This document shows positions 61,856 to 64,000 of a stretch of 64,000 bases of DNA, one piece after another. Origin of the DNA: an uncultured Bacteroidales bacterium (GTDB lineage Bacteria; Bacteroidota; Bacteroidia; Bacteroidales; WCHB1-69); assembly GCA_946186495.1 (NCBI GenBank), contig CAMHNQ010000003.1:32599-96598 (forward strand), read 5' to 3'. The notes under the pieces are model-generated. The model saw nothing but the letters and a program-made list of their open reading frames with translations. It did not search any database and was not told the DNA's origin. The position numbers and the translations under genes are program-made. The stretch's first letter is position 1. Every line of letters starts with the position of its first letter.

Positions 61856-62113
61856 TACGACAGTTGCCGTTTGCACGGTCTTGCATCTGTGGTTTGGCAT
61901 CCGATTGTCGTGACAAATGCACAAAAAAGACTTTGAGGCGCCAAGAGCCAGACCTATGCCTCCCTTGTAGAGAGGCACCACGTCGTGTCTCCCCCCAAAA
62001 AAACTTCAATGTTTTTTTTAGGCATATTTCTTTAGACAACCCCAAATGAAACACAGTTTTCTTTGCACAATTCTGTTGTTTTCACTTATCTGTCACGGGC
62101 AGGAACTGTTTGA

Positions 62114-62228
62114 CAGCATGACCGCAACAATGGCGAAAAAAAGTACCTGTTTTTCATAACTTTAGAGATTCCAATCCTAATTTCGGGGCCGCACGTTTTT
62201 CAAAAAAGTTTAAAGTTCAAGGTCAGAA
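62114..62228 (-). pseudogene. relic of the 5' end plus upstream region of an FGE-like paralog
   Basis: Collinear with 60145-60260. ATGAAAAACAGGTACTTTTTTTCGCC against ATGAAAAATAGGTACTTTTTCTTCGCC, i.e. a 1-nt deletion frameshift after codon 7. Confidence 0.65.
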
Positions 62229-62807
62229 CGTGTATCGCACCCCCAAGTCCAGCCCCCAGTCGAATTTGTGATCGGCGAACTTGTTGGGAGCGAAGATGCA
62301 GCGGTAACCCGGACGGAAATCGAGCTGCAGGGCAAGCGGGATGTCGAACTTGTACTCCAGTCCGAAGAAGCCGTTCGCGCCAGCCTTGCAGTTGTGGACG
62401 CTCCGTCTGGTAACGGAATTCGGGTTTGGGTCGCCCGGATCAGGATTCGGGTTATAACCCGCATCGCCCGGCGCCAAGCCGATGATGTAGCAGAAAGGTT
62501 GCCCGTTGTAGCCGATGCTGCCGCCCAGACCCACAAACCCGTACAGTCCTTTGACGAGCCGCCCCTCGTACATGAAGTTCGGGGCGACTTCCGCCGACCA
62601 CAGGTGCGAGCCGTAAACGTAACAGTACTTCGTACCCAAATCGACCTGGATGGCGAAGTGGTTGGCGGGAAAAAACTTGTAGGAAAACGCCTGCGTTGTG
62701 CCGAGGGTCGCGCCGACGCCTTCCTTATAGGGGGCCTGCGCGTGAGCCAAGGACATGACGCCCGCCAAAACAGCGGCGAACAGGATGAAGATGCGGTTCC
62801 TTTTCAT
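62223..62807 (-). CDS. small outer-membrane beta-barrel protein
   Basis: Signal peptide. Alternating-pattern strands. Ends GLDLGVRYTF. 194 aa. Confidence 0.7.
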   Translation of the reverse strand: MKRNRIFILFAAVLAGVMSLAHAQAPYKEGVGATLGTTQAFSYKFFPANHFAIQVDLGTKYCYVYGSHLWSAEVAPNFMYEGRLVKGLYGFVGLGGSIGYNGQPFCYIIGLAPGDAGYNPNPDPGDPNPNSVTRRSVHNCKAGANGFFGLEYKFDIPLALQLDFRPGYRCIFAPNKFADHKFDWGLDLGVRYTF

Positions 62808-63003
62808 GATGATATTACTTTTTATTGCTCTAACTCACAAAACATTATAAATTTCTTACTTGTTTTAGATAACAACGGCGAAGATACATAATATATGGAA
62901 ATGGAAATCGTGTTTAGTTGATGCCGGAAAAACAAATACAGATATTGGAAAAAGTTTTTATACTTGGGAAATGTGTATTTTTCCACCGTATAAAATACAT
63001 ACT

Positions 63004-63312
63004 ATGCGAATATTTTCTAAAAGCACACTCGTAGAGTAATATACAAAAAATCCACAGTCAAGACAACCTTTGGAAGACTGGTACCTTATTACAAATAAGG
63101 CTAACTGGCAAAACCTGAGTAACATCCGAAAAATGTTCAACAATGTGGATTATGTCGGCAATGATCGGTATGTGTTTAACATCAAAGGGAATCATTACCG
63201 CCTTGTTGTTGTGATAAGGTTCACGAAAGGTAGAGTGTTTATCCGATTTGTTGGAACGCATGCTGAATACGACAAAAACATTGTAACGGAAAGCCCGACA
63301 GCGCGGCGGTAG
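63004..63312 (+). pseudogene. higB: HigB-like (RelE/ParE-fold) toxin gene with an in-frame TAA at codon 12 and an altered 3' end
   Basis: ATG 63004 gives MRIFSKSTLVE, TAA at 63037-63039, then in the same frame YTKNPQSRQPLEDWYLITNKANWQNLSNIRKMFNNVDYVGNDRYVFNIKGNHYRLVVVIRFTKGRVFIRFVGTHAEYDK. Confidence 0.7.
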
Positions 63313-63350
63313 GAGCCAACATTTCCCCAAATTGGCCCGTTGATGCGATT

Positions 63351-63399
63351 TTGCGACGCTGGGAAGCGTCGCCTCCTACGCGCCGGCTCGCACAAATAA
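63351..63399 (-). repeat. third, diverged and inverted copy of the hairpin core of the IS leader
   Basis: ttgcgacgctgggaagcgtcgcctcctacgcgccggctcgcacaaataa against the reverse complement of 23185-23236; roughly 85 percent identity by eye. Confidence 0.5.
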
Positions 63400-63446
63400 C
63401 AAAAACAAAAAAATAACATCCGGTTGTGGATATCCGAATATTTTTG

Positions 63447-63454
63447 TACCTTTG
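63447..63454 (+). promoter_or_regulatory. -7 box TACCTTTG (overlapping second match at 63439-63446)
   Basis: TAnnTTTG match 66 nt upstream of ATG 63521. Confidence 0.45.
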
Positions 63455-63511
63455 CCCGCCTATTTTGGCAAATTGGATTTTGTTAATAATCAACCAATTA
63501 AGAATTTATAA

Positions 63512-64000
<489 letters not shown>

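Noticed and set aside
2659-63039. In-frame TGA (2659-2661) and TAA (63037-63039) as evidence of stop-codon reassignment
   Set aside because: Well-supported genes in the window terminate normally at TAA, TAG and TGA at the expected protein ends (for example TGA at 4349-4351, TAA at 5974-5976, TAG at 23855-23857). Local pseudogenisation or coupling is the simpler explanation.

Overview
This 64-kb window reads as a Bacteroidota chromosome, probably Bacteroidales and Prevotella-like. Support: recurrent TAnnTTTG -7 promoter boxes, mostly Shine-Dalgarno-free leaders, a T9SS C-terminal-domain cargo and a PorE-like protein. All family calls are by eye from motifs; no searches were run. Core genes: a minus-strand dcw block (mraZ-rsmH-ftsL-like-ftsI-murE-mraY-[MurD C-terminal-domain-only ORF]-ftsW) that stops abruptly at an ABC-F ATPase; hflX; sbcD-sbcC; a C69 dipeptidase; an acyl-ACP thioesterase; queA; trmB; an MsbA-like exporter; proS-mazG-PorE-like; a carboxynorspermidine-synthase-like gene; an HdeD-like gene; and the 5' end of nifJ. 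Unusual content: (1) 0-6 kb, an island that looks more AT-rich (not computed), with three divergent COG1373-type AAA+ ATPase / PD-(D/E)xK paralogs, gene stubs, phased direct repeats and a 103-bp MITE-like element. (2) 23.1-27.6 kb, an internally deleted ISAs1-like element, a second solo IS left end (151 bp, 3 mismatches) and a second MITE copy. Together they bracket a two-gene operon: a rifampin-phosphotransferase-like PEP-utilising enzyme plus an unrecognised 338-aa protein. (3) A monocistronic 9.9-kb gene for a 3311-aa T9SS cargo, with homopolymer tracts at its promoter, next to the PorE-like gene. (4) A lipoprotein with an aromatic/His-rich block and two in-frame 33-bp tandem arrays, followed by a FadL-like OMP and a propeller-like protein. 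(5) An outer-membrane pair that includes a ComEA-like HhH barrel protein. (6) Decayed duplication of an FGE-like/515-aa gene pair. (7) A decayed higB without higA. (8) Tandem heptamer spacers immediately 5' of several start codons. I saw no rRNA, tRNA or CRISPR. None of these candidates can be shown to be novel from sequence alone.
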